From Podarcis pityusensis (lineage: Eukaryota), in the NCBI GenBank assembly GCA_964106645.2, contig OZ067044.1: a stretch of DNA of 64,000 bases; one strand, given 5' to 3'. A program made the position numbers and the translations under genes. The notes beneath the pieces are model-generated. The model had not been told where the DNA came from. It made no database searches and saw nothing but the letters and a program-made list of their open reading frames with translations. This document shows, piece by piece, positions 37,416-49,197 of this stretch (position 1 is the stretch's first letter; every line of letters begins with the position of its first letter).

Positions 37416-40208
37416 TAAGTAGGAATACATATGTGTTTGTTAACTGTGTAGCTATAAACTATCGGAGACAACCTTTTATATTTCATGTTTTCCTTGCAGT
37501 TAGAAAGCTTTCAACACCCGTGTACATCTTCCCTGGAAAGCATCTCTGCTATACTTATAAAGTATTTTAATTAATTGCAGGTGCTCCTTTGCTTGAGGTC
37601 ATCAAATACATATTTGCCCTTTCAATTAAGGAGATTAAATTTCGCAGTTATTATTGAGCCCCTGAACCATGTTTTTACTGTTTGACATTTTAACGGACTT
37701 TTTAAAAATGCCGTTTTCGTCCCTTTTAAAATTTTTATTTTGCAATAAAGTAGATGAGACAAGGAAAATAGAGCACAGGGGAGCTTAGCAAGTGTCCAGG
37801 TCCCCCTTCTGATCCTACAGTTTGTGAAACATGAGAAAATCATGCTTCGAGTAGAGCCACTGAAATCAATACACCTAAATTAGTCATGACCAATTTGAAG
37901 TCCACTGATTTCAATGGGACCTACTATGAGCTTGATTTATCTGGATACCGCCCACAGACTAGTATGCGTCAGTTGGCATGGGATGCAGCATGCCTTGTTG
38001 GCAACAAGGAGGGCCTTGGGCTTCTATACGATGGTCTGGTGCATTGCTTTGCAGCCTGCTGTCCATGGAACAAGGCTGTGGCCCAAAGATTGTTTTAAAA
38101 TGTTGCTTGCATGTAGCCTCTGTTACTATCTCGGCTGCAAACTCTCTTCCTATAGGAATAATGTCACTGCTAGAATGTTAGACTAAGAATGGGGATATTT
38201 GTGAGTTCAAATCCTCATTCAACAATAAAGCTCACTGGTTGACTTGGGACCAGTCACTTTCTCTTCTTTGCCCTCTGCTTCACCCTTTCATTTGGTTACT
38301 GACACTTCGCTTTTCCTGCACTGAAATAAATCTCCACTTTCTGCCAGCAAACTTTGCCTGTGCAATGAGGCATCTTCTGTGTGAAACCAGTAGTACTGTA
38401 AGGCACTTCTAGACTCTTTATAGACTGAATAATCTCATGGAGGTTTTCCTCTTTTGGTGGTAATGTGTTTACTTAACTACTACAAAATGTGGTAAGTCAC
38501 TGGGGGATTTTTTGTTCATTCTGCTGGGTGAAGCCCTGGATTTCTGCCCCTAAAATCCTGCCTTGACAGAACTCCATTTAACCTTGCTAAATATCAAGCC
38601 ATCATATAAAGAGCTTCCTTGACAATTTCATACACAGATTCCCCCCTTTGCAGACGAGCAGTCACAATCATGTGCAACCTGGAGCAAAAATGATCCAGGC
38701 TTTTAAATAAAGAGGATAGGGAGCTGCCTTAGACCAAGTCACACATCATAATGAGATTCCCACAGCTTTATAAATGCTAATGATTTGGGCTGATCTGAAC
38801 TTCAATAAAGTTATTCTTTTAACAAAGTAGTGATTTAACCTAGACTGACCACAGGTGAAAAATTACCAAATTATTTTCTGATTACACTTAACGTGATTCC
38901 CCCCTGGGTCTCTTCATAGCAACAAGCGTTTGGATATGATTGCAAAACATTTTTTACCTGTGACAGCTGTTGAGTTTCTTTCTACTGAAAATATATTCTG
39001 GCACTGCAGAAGATCTGTTTGCATAATGTGCAGAGCCCACTGTATCCTATCAAGAATTGTCAGCCACATTCACCATCAACATACTGCCAGAATCAAATCC
39101 AGGGCTGCCATAGAATGGAAATGAAAACTTTCAGGAGCTAAAGAGAAAACTTGTGGTTTCCACTTCAGTTGCTTGAAATAATTATGTGATTTCTATTTTA
39201 CAACATGCTTCAAAAACTAATACCAAGGAGAAGCAACCAATTGCCAATAAAATTACTGCAGGAGTCTTCACCTTTGCCGTAGTCAGATTATAAAAATTAG
39301 ATGTTCATAGTCTAATAAAACCCATGATGTTCTTGGTCTAATATAAAAGTAAACAGAACTCTTATGTTTGACTACAAACTTATTTTGTATATGTGTTACT
39401 CTTTCTACAGTCCTTATTCCGCTGATTAAGTAATCTTTTAATTTCAGCACACTTCGAATTTTATGTGCTCTGGGAAGGTAAATTTCCCTTGGAAAAATGG
39501 AATTAATTCCTGGATTATATTAATTTATTGGTGTCAGTTTCCTTTGGCATAAATAACATATTATATCTGCAGTTTTATATACTTCTGAGTAGACATATAC
39601 AGTATAGGATTTGTTGGAAGTTTGAGTGCAACTCAGCTTGCAGCAGAGGGATTTGCATGGAGTTAAGACACAGAGAGAGGAATCTCCAGATTCCCAGACT
39701 ATCCTTGTACTTTTGTCTCTATGGTGACTTCTCTATCTCTTTGTTGGTTAGACTGATATGTCTTAGGTGATGGCATCCTATCTATCGTCAAGGTGTGGTA
39801 GAGCTGTGAGATTCTGCTGCATGCCTTTCTATCTATAGACCCATTTTGCATTGGGCATAATGAGTGTGTTGTGTGTGCGCACATGGCAAGACCCACACAC
39901 ACAGGATCAGTAACCTGTGACCCACCTTAACCTCCATTTTACTGGGGAAACTGCACATATGTGAACCATATATCCATTGACCTGTATGTATAAGTACTTT
40001 GCACATTACATTCAATGTGGTTAGGCAAGCCAAGCCACAAGGGCTCAGCAGGCAAACAAGTTATGCAGACATGCATGGAACTTTTCATGCAGATGGGTTT
40101 ACTGTCAGAAAGGACACAAGCATTTTATTTAAGGAATTTGTGCATATTCCAGAATGCTATAGAATGATTCAGTCTCTGGACTGACTAACATGGATTTAAT
40201 AGTCCACT

Positions 40209-40222
40209 CCACCAGGTGGCAC
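40209..40222 (+). promoter_or_regulatory. Candidate CTCF site (forward orientation)
   Basis: CCACCAGGTGGCAC fits the core CCASYAGRKGGCRS. Confidence 0.5.
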
Positions 40223-41322
40223 TGTGCAAATACAATGGTGTTAAGACATAAGCTTTCTTCACTACCATCATTGAACTGCCCTTCCAATCAGCCTTACCTT
40301 GTATCATTGGATTTGCCACAAGTGATCCACCAGCAGCTATATGATATCTTAAGAATTGCCAGGTTTGTACTCGGCGAGAATGGCAAGAGAAGAAACCTAG
40401 ATTAACCCCTTGTTCAATATATGGACCAGGCCTTCCATAAAATTGCCCTAAGTATTAATCAATGCATTTCCCCACACAGTTCTGAAAGTCAGTAAGATCC
40501 ATCAGTTTAAAGGGGCAAGGCATCCTATTTATTCAGCTGCCCTTGTGGATAGACTAGGAGCAATAATCTTGGCCTCTAATACGTCTGTGCCAGATTGGCA
40601 AAGTACACTAAAATGTAGGCAGGAGGACCCAAGACATTTTGCCACTTGAGGCAAAGGACAAGATGGCATTCTCACTCCCAATTCTGTGCACAGGAGCTGA
40701 ATGCGATGGCAGTTGAATCTTCCTTCAGTCCTGGCACTGGCTGTGTGTGAGAGAGAGTGAGGGAGAGAGGGGACAGCTAGGGAGGAACAGTCAGGGGGCT
40801 GCCACTGCTGTCCTCCCCCGATACTTGTTGCCCAGTAAGTTTGCCTTACTCTCCAAAATGGTAGATAGAAATACCTCCAGGCAGAAATGAGAGCTTTTCT
40901 GGGTTTGGTGACTGACAAGTCTTAATAATAATAATTTATTATTTCTACCCTGCCCATCTGGCTGAGTTTCACCAGCCACTCCACCCCAGTCTTGGGTTGT
41001 TGTTTTTCAAAAAAAGTATAGATGGCAATATAGATATATTTAATGTTTACCAGGCTTGCACAAATGTTAAAAAGCTCACAATCTCTGTACACTATAGGTT
41101 TTATACCAATTATACTATAAAGGCAAATCCTCTAGAATTCTTCTTATGCCTTTAAGAGCATGATACAGTGGCAGCAATGAAAAACATAAACAATCAATTT
41201 GATTTATCTGGACATCTAGGATCCCAGTTCTTATAGAATTGCAGCACTCTTTATACAATTGTATTGTATTGTTATAACTCGCCCTGGGGCCTTATGGTAA
41301 AGAGTAGGTAAGAAACAAACCA

Positions 41323-41324
41323 GG

Positions 41325-41364
<40 letters not shown>

Positions 41365-41375
41365 TCTAGATAGAT
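41323..41375. repeat. Compound (GATA)n(GACA)n microsatellite
   Basis: Directly visible. Confidence 0.9.
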
Positions 41376-41395
41376 AATAAGGCACCTTTCTTTTT

Positions 41396-41641
41396 GTAAA
41401 GGTACCCCTGACCGTTAGGTCCAGTCGCAGACGACTCTGGGGTTGTGCACTCATCTCACTCTATAGGCCGAGGGAGCTGGTGTTTGTCTGCAGACAGCTT
41501 CCAGGTCATGTGGCCAGCATGACTAAGCCGCTTCTGGCGAACCAGAGCGGTGCACGGAAATGCCGTTCACCTTCCCGCTGGAGCGGTACCTATTTATCTA
41601 CTTGCGCTTGGACATGCTTTCGAACTGCTAGGTGGGCAGGA
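41396..41641 (-). mobile_element. Sauria SINE, 5'-truncated
   Basis: Same core as the full copies but lacks the tRNA head; probable TSD TTTTGTAA (41392-41399 and 41642-41649). Confidence 0.85.
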
Positions 41642-42007
41642 TTTTGTAAGGGTGCCTAATTAATTGGTTAGGTAGAGGTACAATCTGAGTATTTTGGATT
41701 TCAGACGTAGATGACTATGCAGTCCCCTGGAATACATACAAGGTTAATGGAAGGGCCTGGAGTGATGAGGGAAAGTGATGAGGAAGGTTTGACTAGTTGG
41801 CATTTGAGGAAGTTTGAAATATCAGTATTGTAAGCTTTGATAGATACAATAGTGTTATATGATGAGGATATGTGAGTCTGGATATAATCCCCAACATTTT
41901 ATTATCTGTAAAATGGGATTCTGTACTGGAAGGAGCTGTTGAAGTAGTAAACCAGTCTCTTTGTTAAGCTTTTTCAATGCCTAACTTTTGTCTTTATTTG
42001 TGATATA

Positions 42008-42369
42008 AAAGGTAAAGATAAAGGTACCCCTGCCCGTACGGGCCAGTCTTGACAGACTCTAGGGTTGTGCGCTCATCTCACTCTAGAGGCCGGGAGCCAG
42101 CGCTGTCCGCAGACACTTCCGGGTCACGTGGGCAGCGTGACAAGCTGCATCTGGCAAGCCAGCGCAGCACACGGAACACCGTTTACCTTCCCGCTAGTAA
42201 GCGGTCCCTATTTATCTACTTGCACCCGGGGGTGCTTTCGAACTGCTAGGTTGGCAGGCGCTGGGACCGAACGACGGGAGCGCACCCCGCCGCGGGGATT
42301 CGAACCGCCGACCATGCGATCGGCAAGTCCTAGACGCTGAGGTTTTACCTACAGAGCCACCCGCGTCCC
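42008..42369 (-). mobile_element. Sauria SINE, full length, young subfamily
   Basis: Box A/B head and ACCTTT tail; 13-bp TSD TATTTG(T/C)GATATA at 41995-42007 and 42370-42382. Confidence 0.92.
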
Positions 42370-42675
42370 TATTTGCGATATATATCATTCATAAACAGTG
42401 ATTCATACACAGCTGATGTTTCTATACCCCCCTCCAAAGCATCTGATATCTATTTGGTTAAATTTAACTTTTAAGTCATTTCAGTTTTTAAACAAGTGTC
42501 ATGCCATGTGTTCTCAGAGGCTTATAACCATGTTCTATCAATGTTGAATATGTAATAAAACTATGCCAAGTTGATGGAAAGGTAGTTGTTTGTTCGACTT
42601 TGCTAAGTTAATGACTCTAGCTGAGATTGTTAAGCTTCCTTTTTACATGTCTAAGAAGTTGGTCAAGGACAGGTG

Positions 42676-43096
42676 TGTTGCCATAGAGGTCCTCCCCCAA
42701 TACTTGTTGCCCAGCTTGAGATGCCTCCCCACCACCACCTGGCTGGACACCACATCACCTTAGGGATAGGATGATAATAGGCCAGGTACAATTCTAGCCT
42801 AGTTCCTCTGGTACCTAGAAAGACATGGTGGCTTGACTTGCTCTTTGTGCTGAAACGAAACTTTGGAAACACCTAAAACACCTAAAACCCAAAACCTAAC
42901 GGGAAAGTAAGATCTGTTGGACTGTTAGTGCTGTGAACCCTTCCATCTTATGTCTGGCTTGTACATGTATGCGTAAATGAAACCATATATCAAATAGACC
43001 CTTCAACTGTCAGTGACCTTCATTTCAAGGAAACAGGACCAGAGGTAAGTGCTGGTACCCCTTAAGTTTCTTATCACTTGGAGACTGGGTTGCACA
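42676..43096 (+). mobile_element. Possible degraded solo LTR
   Basis: TG...CA ends; the segment AAACCATATATCA..CATTTCAAGGAAAC..GGTAAGTG..ACCCC resembles lizard LTR 3' ends as I remember them. No TSD found. Confidence 0.3.
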
Positions 43097-43230
43097 TAAG
43101 AATATAATGTTCTGGGGCCTGAATGGGAAAGCTGGGATACTCTGAAGTCCAATATATGACATTTTACTTTCAGTGGGTTCCAAGCCCATGAGGCCAGCAG
43201 GGATGATGTTTGTTATAGCTATCTTACCTG

Positions 43231-43383
43231 CAGTGGCGTAGCGTGGGTTGTCAGCACCCGGGGCAAGGCAAGTAATTTGCGCCCCCTAACCCGTGGATTT
43301 TAGCACTGCGAGTGCGAGCGCGCCCCCCAGATGTTGCGCCCGGTGCAGCTGGCCCCCCCTGCACCCCCCACGCTACGCCACTG
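43231..43383. mobile_element. 153-bp hAT-type MITE
   Basis: Perfect 17-bp TIR CAGTGGCGTAGCGTGGG and perfect 8-bp TSD CTTACCTG (43223-43230 and 43384-43391). Confidence 0.92.
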
Positions 43384-43870
43384 CTTACCTGTCAGTTGCA
43401 ACTCAGTCTGGATTAGGCGCAGACAAGTTAGAACTATGCAACCTCATCTGAGAAGCAATAATCACTGTGAGGATAAAAGAGATAACAAAATGTTACTATG
43501 AAGTATTAAGTATTTGGGTTTTAAGGAATTGTGGTAATTTTTGTATCACAATAACTATATATAAATAAAGCACTATCACCTTGAAAGGAAATGAAGGCTG
43601 CAGTCCTATACGGGAACAGATCTCACTGAAATCAACAGGAGTTAATTCTGAGCAAACATGCATATGATTGTGTTGCAAATCCATAATCCTAAATGTAGTT
43701 CCTAGGAGTAAGTCCTATTTATGAGATTTTGAAGTAAAACTGATTAATAATTATTGCAATGTACCAAGTGTTCACAACCCTTCATGTGCAAGTAGCCCCC
43801 ATTAATGAGATCTGAAAGTTTGTCTGCACTGGACAAAGTCAATTTAAATAGCATTTCTAATTAGATTTTA

Positions 43871-44233
43871 GGGAAGCGGGTGGCGCTGTGGGTAAAAGCC
43901 TCAGCACCTAGGACTTGCCGATCGAAAGGTCGGTGGTTCGAATCCCCGTGGCGGGGTGCGCTCCCGTCGCTCGGTCCCAGCACCTGCCAACCTAGCAGTT
44001 CGAAAGCACCCCCGGGTGCAAGTAGATAAATAGGGACTGCTTACTAGCGGGAAGGTAAACGGCGTTCCGTGTGCTGCGCTGGCTTGCCAGATGCAGCTTG
44101 TCACGCTGCCCACGTGACCCGGAAGTGTCTGCGGACAGCGCTGGCTCCCGGCCTCTAGAGTGAGATGTGCGCACAACCCTAGAGTCTGTCAAGACTGGCC
44201 CGTACGGGCAGGGGTACCTTTACCTTTACCTTT
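43871..44233 (+). mobile_element. Sauria SINE, full length, same subfamily as 42008-42369
   Basis: GGGAAGCGGGTGGCGCTGTGGG head, GGTTCGAATCC, (ACCTTT)n tail; TSD TAATTAGATTT (43858-43868 and 44235-44245). Confidence 0.92.
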
Positions 44234-47200
44234 TTAATTAGATTTATTTCAACAGGACTTGAGTGCATCACAGTGTGTCCTTCCAGCCACCCTAAACAAA
44301 TGTTGATTTAAAGTTCCACAACTCAGTCTTGGAATATGTGCAATAATAAACATGGGATTTTTTTCTGAACACATGCAGGGTGTTTTTCCTTTGCTGCAAA
44401 GTAACCAGGATCCTCACTTGGGATTAAAGAGCCGGGGCCTTCCAGGGCAGATGGCACAACTTCCAAGTATGTTTGCAGCACCTTATTTCTTCCCCATTAG
44501 TGCTTTCCATATAGGAAAGAAGACTCCTTTTGTGGTCATGGCTGGCATCAGACTTCAAGGGGGTGGGGGCTCTGCAAAGTGCTGCTGATGGGCCTCTAAA
44601 CACTCGCACCCCTAATGCAGTCAAGTTTGGCTCCCATTTAAAAGTGGCACTGCTTCCCACTGATAAAATGGGCAGGGCAAGGAGTGGCAGTATAGTCAGG
44701 TCAATAAGGGGGCCTTTCTGCACTCCTAGGGACCTTGGCCAGTGTCCGATCTTAGCAAGTGCCAGTGCCAGGCCTATCTGTGGGATAGTTTTACAGGAGA
44801 ATGGAAGAGATACCGGGAGTGGAAGAGATACCGGAACTGTCCTCCATGATAAACTTCTGGGCGCTCTCCTAAAATAATGGGCAAACATGAGCATGCCTGT
44901 GAGTAAGGACAACAGCTGCTAGGCCTGTCAGGCTGTTTTGATTGTTCTTGACATATCCTGTTAATCTCTCCTTTAAACAAAAAAAAAAAAAAAACTGCCT
45001 CCGATTACTTAAGAACTAGTATGCTGTGTGAAACCCCAGCTGTAACCTCAGACAAAACAGCTGGGAGGAAGAAAAAAGTACCTGAAGCAAATTCCATGAG
45101 TCACTCCCTTTCAGCCTGAGAAACACATTCGACTCTTTCCAACAAAAACACCTTCCCCCGCAGAAAACGTTCAAGCTCACTGAACAGCCCTCTGTGTATG
45201 TATGTGTGTGTTGGTTGCTGTTGTTTTCCTATAACGGAGCCCTAGACCTGTTTGATTTTGTTTTTTGTCCGAGTCAATTTCCGTGGGTCGCTTGGACCAG
45301 GTCGTCAACCCACAAGAGCCAAACTCCCTCTTGAGCTTTGAAAGGAAGTGCCTTCAACTTTCAAAACACACACTTTCTCTCTCTCTCCAACTTGAGCTAC
45401 GTCACAGTAGGATTTGGGGCACTGGGGTGACACGCGGCGAGAGCAGCAGCGTCAACTTTTGCTTTGCGAACGAGGAAGCTGCTGCCCCGCACAAACCCGT
45501 TGCAAGTCACACAGGCTGCTCTTTCTTCGGGAAAGGCCGCGCCTTCGCCGCCTCCTCCTCCTCCTCCCGGGGCCGCGTCTCCTTCCAGCACATTGGCCGC
45601 CAGCGGGATCGGGAGTGATTCAAGCGCGGCTGCCTGGGCGGCGCCCCCAGCAGCTCCGGATGTGAGGTGTTCGCCACTCAATCTCGGCCGCCCGCAGGAG
45701 GAGCCTTCCACCGAAGCGCCTCCCAAGTCTGGGGCGAGCAAACCCGGCTGGCGCTGCAGGGGATTGTTACTCAACTGACAGCGTTCTTCCTGGTCCCTTT
45801 CTCGGTAGCATAATAAATGGCATGCCGCGCAACACGAAACACCAACTCGGCGGGAGGTAGTTCTTCCGGACTGTGCGTAATTCCCGGCACACATATTCCA
45901 GGTCTAGTTAGGCTCTTACACGGAAGAGTCTTGCGGCATTTTTCAGCTTTAGGACATGTATTTCGTGGCATAAGATTTCGTGGACTAAAGCCCATGACTC
46001 TAACGCCGCAACAAATAAAACTGATCCCAGCTTCAGCCTCTGGCATCTGATATCCTGGAGAGTCACTGTGAACTAGACGCAGCCGACGTGTGACTCAAGC
46101 CACGTTCACGCCATGAGACCACTTTAAACAGTCAAGGCTTCCACGGAAGAATTCTGAGAGCCGCAGGAAGAGGGGTTTCTAGTTAAACCGCTCTGAAATT
46201 GTAGTTCTGGGAGGGAAATAGGGGTCTTCTAACAACTCTCAGCACCCTTAACAAAACTTCACTTCCCAGAGTCTTTTGGGGTGGTCTCACTTTAAATGTG
46301 GTTTGTCCGGTTTGAATGTGTCCTCGGTGTAAGGCAGCTGTCTATATTCCTATGTTAAGGTACCACATGACTCGTTATTTTATGTCTATCCCGAGACGTC
46401 AGGGCTGCAGTCCTTTGCTAGGGCATTGAGCTCAATGGGACTGGCTTGCGAAAAACAAGTTCTCGCGTGCCATCCCGTGGCTAATGACAGGTTGAATTTG
46501 TTTTGAGAAGGGGGAAAACCCACTCACAAAACTTTTCTGTGGCCGCCACATGACCTTTAGTTATGATATGCAAAATGAGAGTGATGGCAACTCCTGCCCC
46601 AACCTTAAAGGCGCCGCTTACCCCACCTGCCTCATTTGGAGGTTGCAATCCTGCATGTGACTTACTTCCGCGCAAAGAAGCCATAAAAATACCATGGTTA
46701 CAAAAAGGGGAGAAACGGGGCAGCAAAGGCTACGTGGAGCTTACTTCGAAACAAGCCTGAGGCGGCTCAACTGGCCTCTTGTCTGTCCTCCGGAAATGCA
46801 ACCACACGGGCTGTTTCTGCGGCGGCGTCTCCAGCCGGGACAGCTGGCACTGGGGAGCTTCCTAGCCTGTCAGTGGCGGGGTGGGCGGCAGCAGCCTCGC
46901 TTTCCATTAAGCAATCGCAACTTTCCTGGGTGATGTTCCAAGGTGCTCCACAAAGCAGCATGCCTTCAGCTTTTCTGCTGGGGCGTGTGGCTCAATGATT
47001 GCATGACATTTACATTTTAGTCATGACTTTCCTTTCTAAAGCCAGGAAATGCGAAGGACTCATCCTTGAGCAAGAGGCTGACTTTCCTGATTCCTTGACA
47101 CATTTTCTTGCATTGCCCAGTGAGATGGATTTTCCCACAAGGAATGAATCCAGCAGCCGCCTCGTCTGTAACTGGAGAAGGAACCACTCAGGCAACCTCC

Positions 47201-48294
47201 TTCATAAACGACTGGACTCCGGAGCCAATCCCAGTTGCAGTGAAGAAGAAGGGAGGGGGAACAAACAACCCTTCGGCTGGAGTTGGCTCGATCCCAGAGA
47301 CGTTGCTAGAGCAATTCGTCTATCTCGCCATCTCAGAGCAAAATAAACTTTACTAACGCACGTGTTTGCTCAGCGGGGTGAGCCAAGCCGTGAGAGACTT
47401 ACTTTCAAGAAGTCACATGCACTTTTTTTTTCTTGTTGAATGAACATGTCACTCGAAACATACTGAGCACAATTCATTTTTAGAAGCCCGGGGGTGGGGA
47501 GTGGAGAAACCGCTCCAGCAGCGGCGAATTTCCCTCCACATGAGTGGAACTGACGTAATGGTGACTTTCCTTTTTCTGTTCGTTTGAATTAAGAGCAGCA
47601 GGTGGTCTGAGAGGAGAATATTCAGGTGTGAAACCGGTTTCCCTGGGACTTAACCTTTCGGTTCTTCTACAGTTTAGGTCAGCACTTGGGGAGCTCAGCC
47701 CCTGTCCCTAGAAACCCCGAAACACGTGTAGAAGTGAGCCCCCAACGGGACCCGGTGCCGGTGGAGCTTACTTCTGAGTAACAGGGGTTTGGGCTCAGGC
47801 TGCCCATCACACAGACCAGAGAAATAACGGGGATTTTGACTGGGACCTCAGCAAGGCGTCCCTGAAGGAAACAGTTCCTGTAGCGCGGACTCGGGTGAAG
47901 TACATCTCCCCAAGTCGTTTTGAGGTCTCTCGGGCCACTTCTGGTCGCCCCCTCACAACCTATTGGCCACGATAAAGCCGCTGATCTGAAACGGCGCTGA
48001 CTGACGAGAGAAAGCAGACTCTGCGCCGCAGTTGTTGCTCACACTCGGCATGACTGATAAGTTGTAAAGCATGACAGCGTCTGACTGGTTCTCCAGCATG
48101 GCAGGAATTTCCGAAGGGGGCTCAAGGGCGACGCGTCCACCAATAGCACGAGGCAGCTCCGGCAGTCACAACAAGCCCAGAAAGGGAGGGAGGAGGTGGA
48201 AGAGTCCTCTCCCCTCCCTCAGGAAAGCGGGGCTTGCCGAATGGAGGGAGAGATTGGGCAGGAAGCAAGGCTGCCATCCTAACTCCGGAGTAAG

Positions 48295-48434
48295 AGCGCA
48301 ATCCTAACCACGCCTACTCCGAAGCGAGCCCCGTGCATTTCAATGGGGCTTACTCGGCTGCAATCCTAACCCGTTCAAGATCCCATTGGGATCAGTAACA
48401 CTAACTTCCGCGTGGACGCGTTTAGGATTGCGCT
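48295..48434. repeat. Ancient hairpin MITE-like element in the TGIF1 promoter
   Basis: 13-bp terminal inverted repeat AGCGCAATCCTAA / TTAGGATTGCGCT. Same family as decayed copies at ~3020-3500, 50000-50140, 55590-55670 and 58147-58228. Confidence 0.6.
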
Positions 48435-49181
48435 GGAACTCTCACGGACAGTTAGCTCCGAATAAGCGCGTTTCAGTTGCAAAGGCTCAACTTTCCTGAC
48501 GCTGCCTTTCCTCTTCTCCCTCCCTGCTCCGCATTCACACGAATTGCGGAGTTCCCTGGAGACGGGGGTCCGGCAGGGGCGCCCCCCTTTCCCTCCAGCT
48601 GCCTGGGAAAGAGAGCAGGAAGCAGACAGAAGGCCCGGGCCTGCCTTGCCCCGTCACCATTGCCCTCCGCTTCGCAAGAGAGCTCGCGCTTCCTCCCCTC
48701 TCTCTTTGGCATTGGCATCTGACAGAGTCGCTCGCCCTCGCCGCCAGTCAGCAGCCAGGGGAGAGGGAGAGGAGGAGGAGGCGGGTAAAGCGGCTCCGGC
48801 TCCTGGTTACTCTCTAGCTTACTCATTGCTGGGCGGTGGGGGAGGGCGCACCTCGTGGTGGCGGCGAAGGCAGCCGCTTGCTTGCGCTTGCCTCACTTCG
48901 CCAGGCACAAGTTACAGAACAAAGAAAGCAGCAGCAGCAGCCCGAGCGCGCCGCTCTCAAGTTACTTGTCTCAGCTCCCCGCCGGGGCTGGAGGACCCTG
49001 GCCATTCCGCCCTCTCGACGCCCTCCCTCAGAAACAACTAGCCGGAGAGGAGTTGTGTGGGGGGGTTTTTTTGTCTCCCACCACCGCATTTCCCCCCAAG
49101 TTTCTCTTTGCTCCCCCTCTCCCGTTTCTGAAATAGAAGGAATCTTCCAGGATTGGGCAGAAGGAGTTTCCAGGCACCAAG

Positions 49182-49197
49182 ATGAAAAGTAAAAAAA
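49182..49197 (+). CDS. TGIF1: TGIF1 first coding micro-segment MKSKK (16 nt)
   Basis: CCAAGATGAAAAGTAAAAAAA|gtaagt corresponds to the MKGKKG start of vertebrate TGIF1; phase 1 fits the next exon. Confidence 0.85.

Noticed and set aside
40808-42715. Shared ~27-nt motif GTCCTCCCCC(G/A)ATACTTGTTGCCCAG at ~40810 and ~42688
   Set aside because: Both copies lie in apparent repeat-derived DNA; the flanks are unrelated and I could not define an element bounded by them.
42049-44192. Duplicated 91-aa and 66-aa ORFs on opposite strands
   Set aside because: They are translations of the two Sauria SINE copies, not genes.
44802-44834. Period-18 duplication TGGAAGAGATACCGG (also a period-19 duplication at 35874-35907)
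   Set aside because: Simple two-copy slippage duplications with no evident function.
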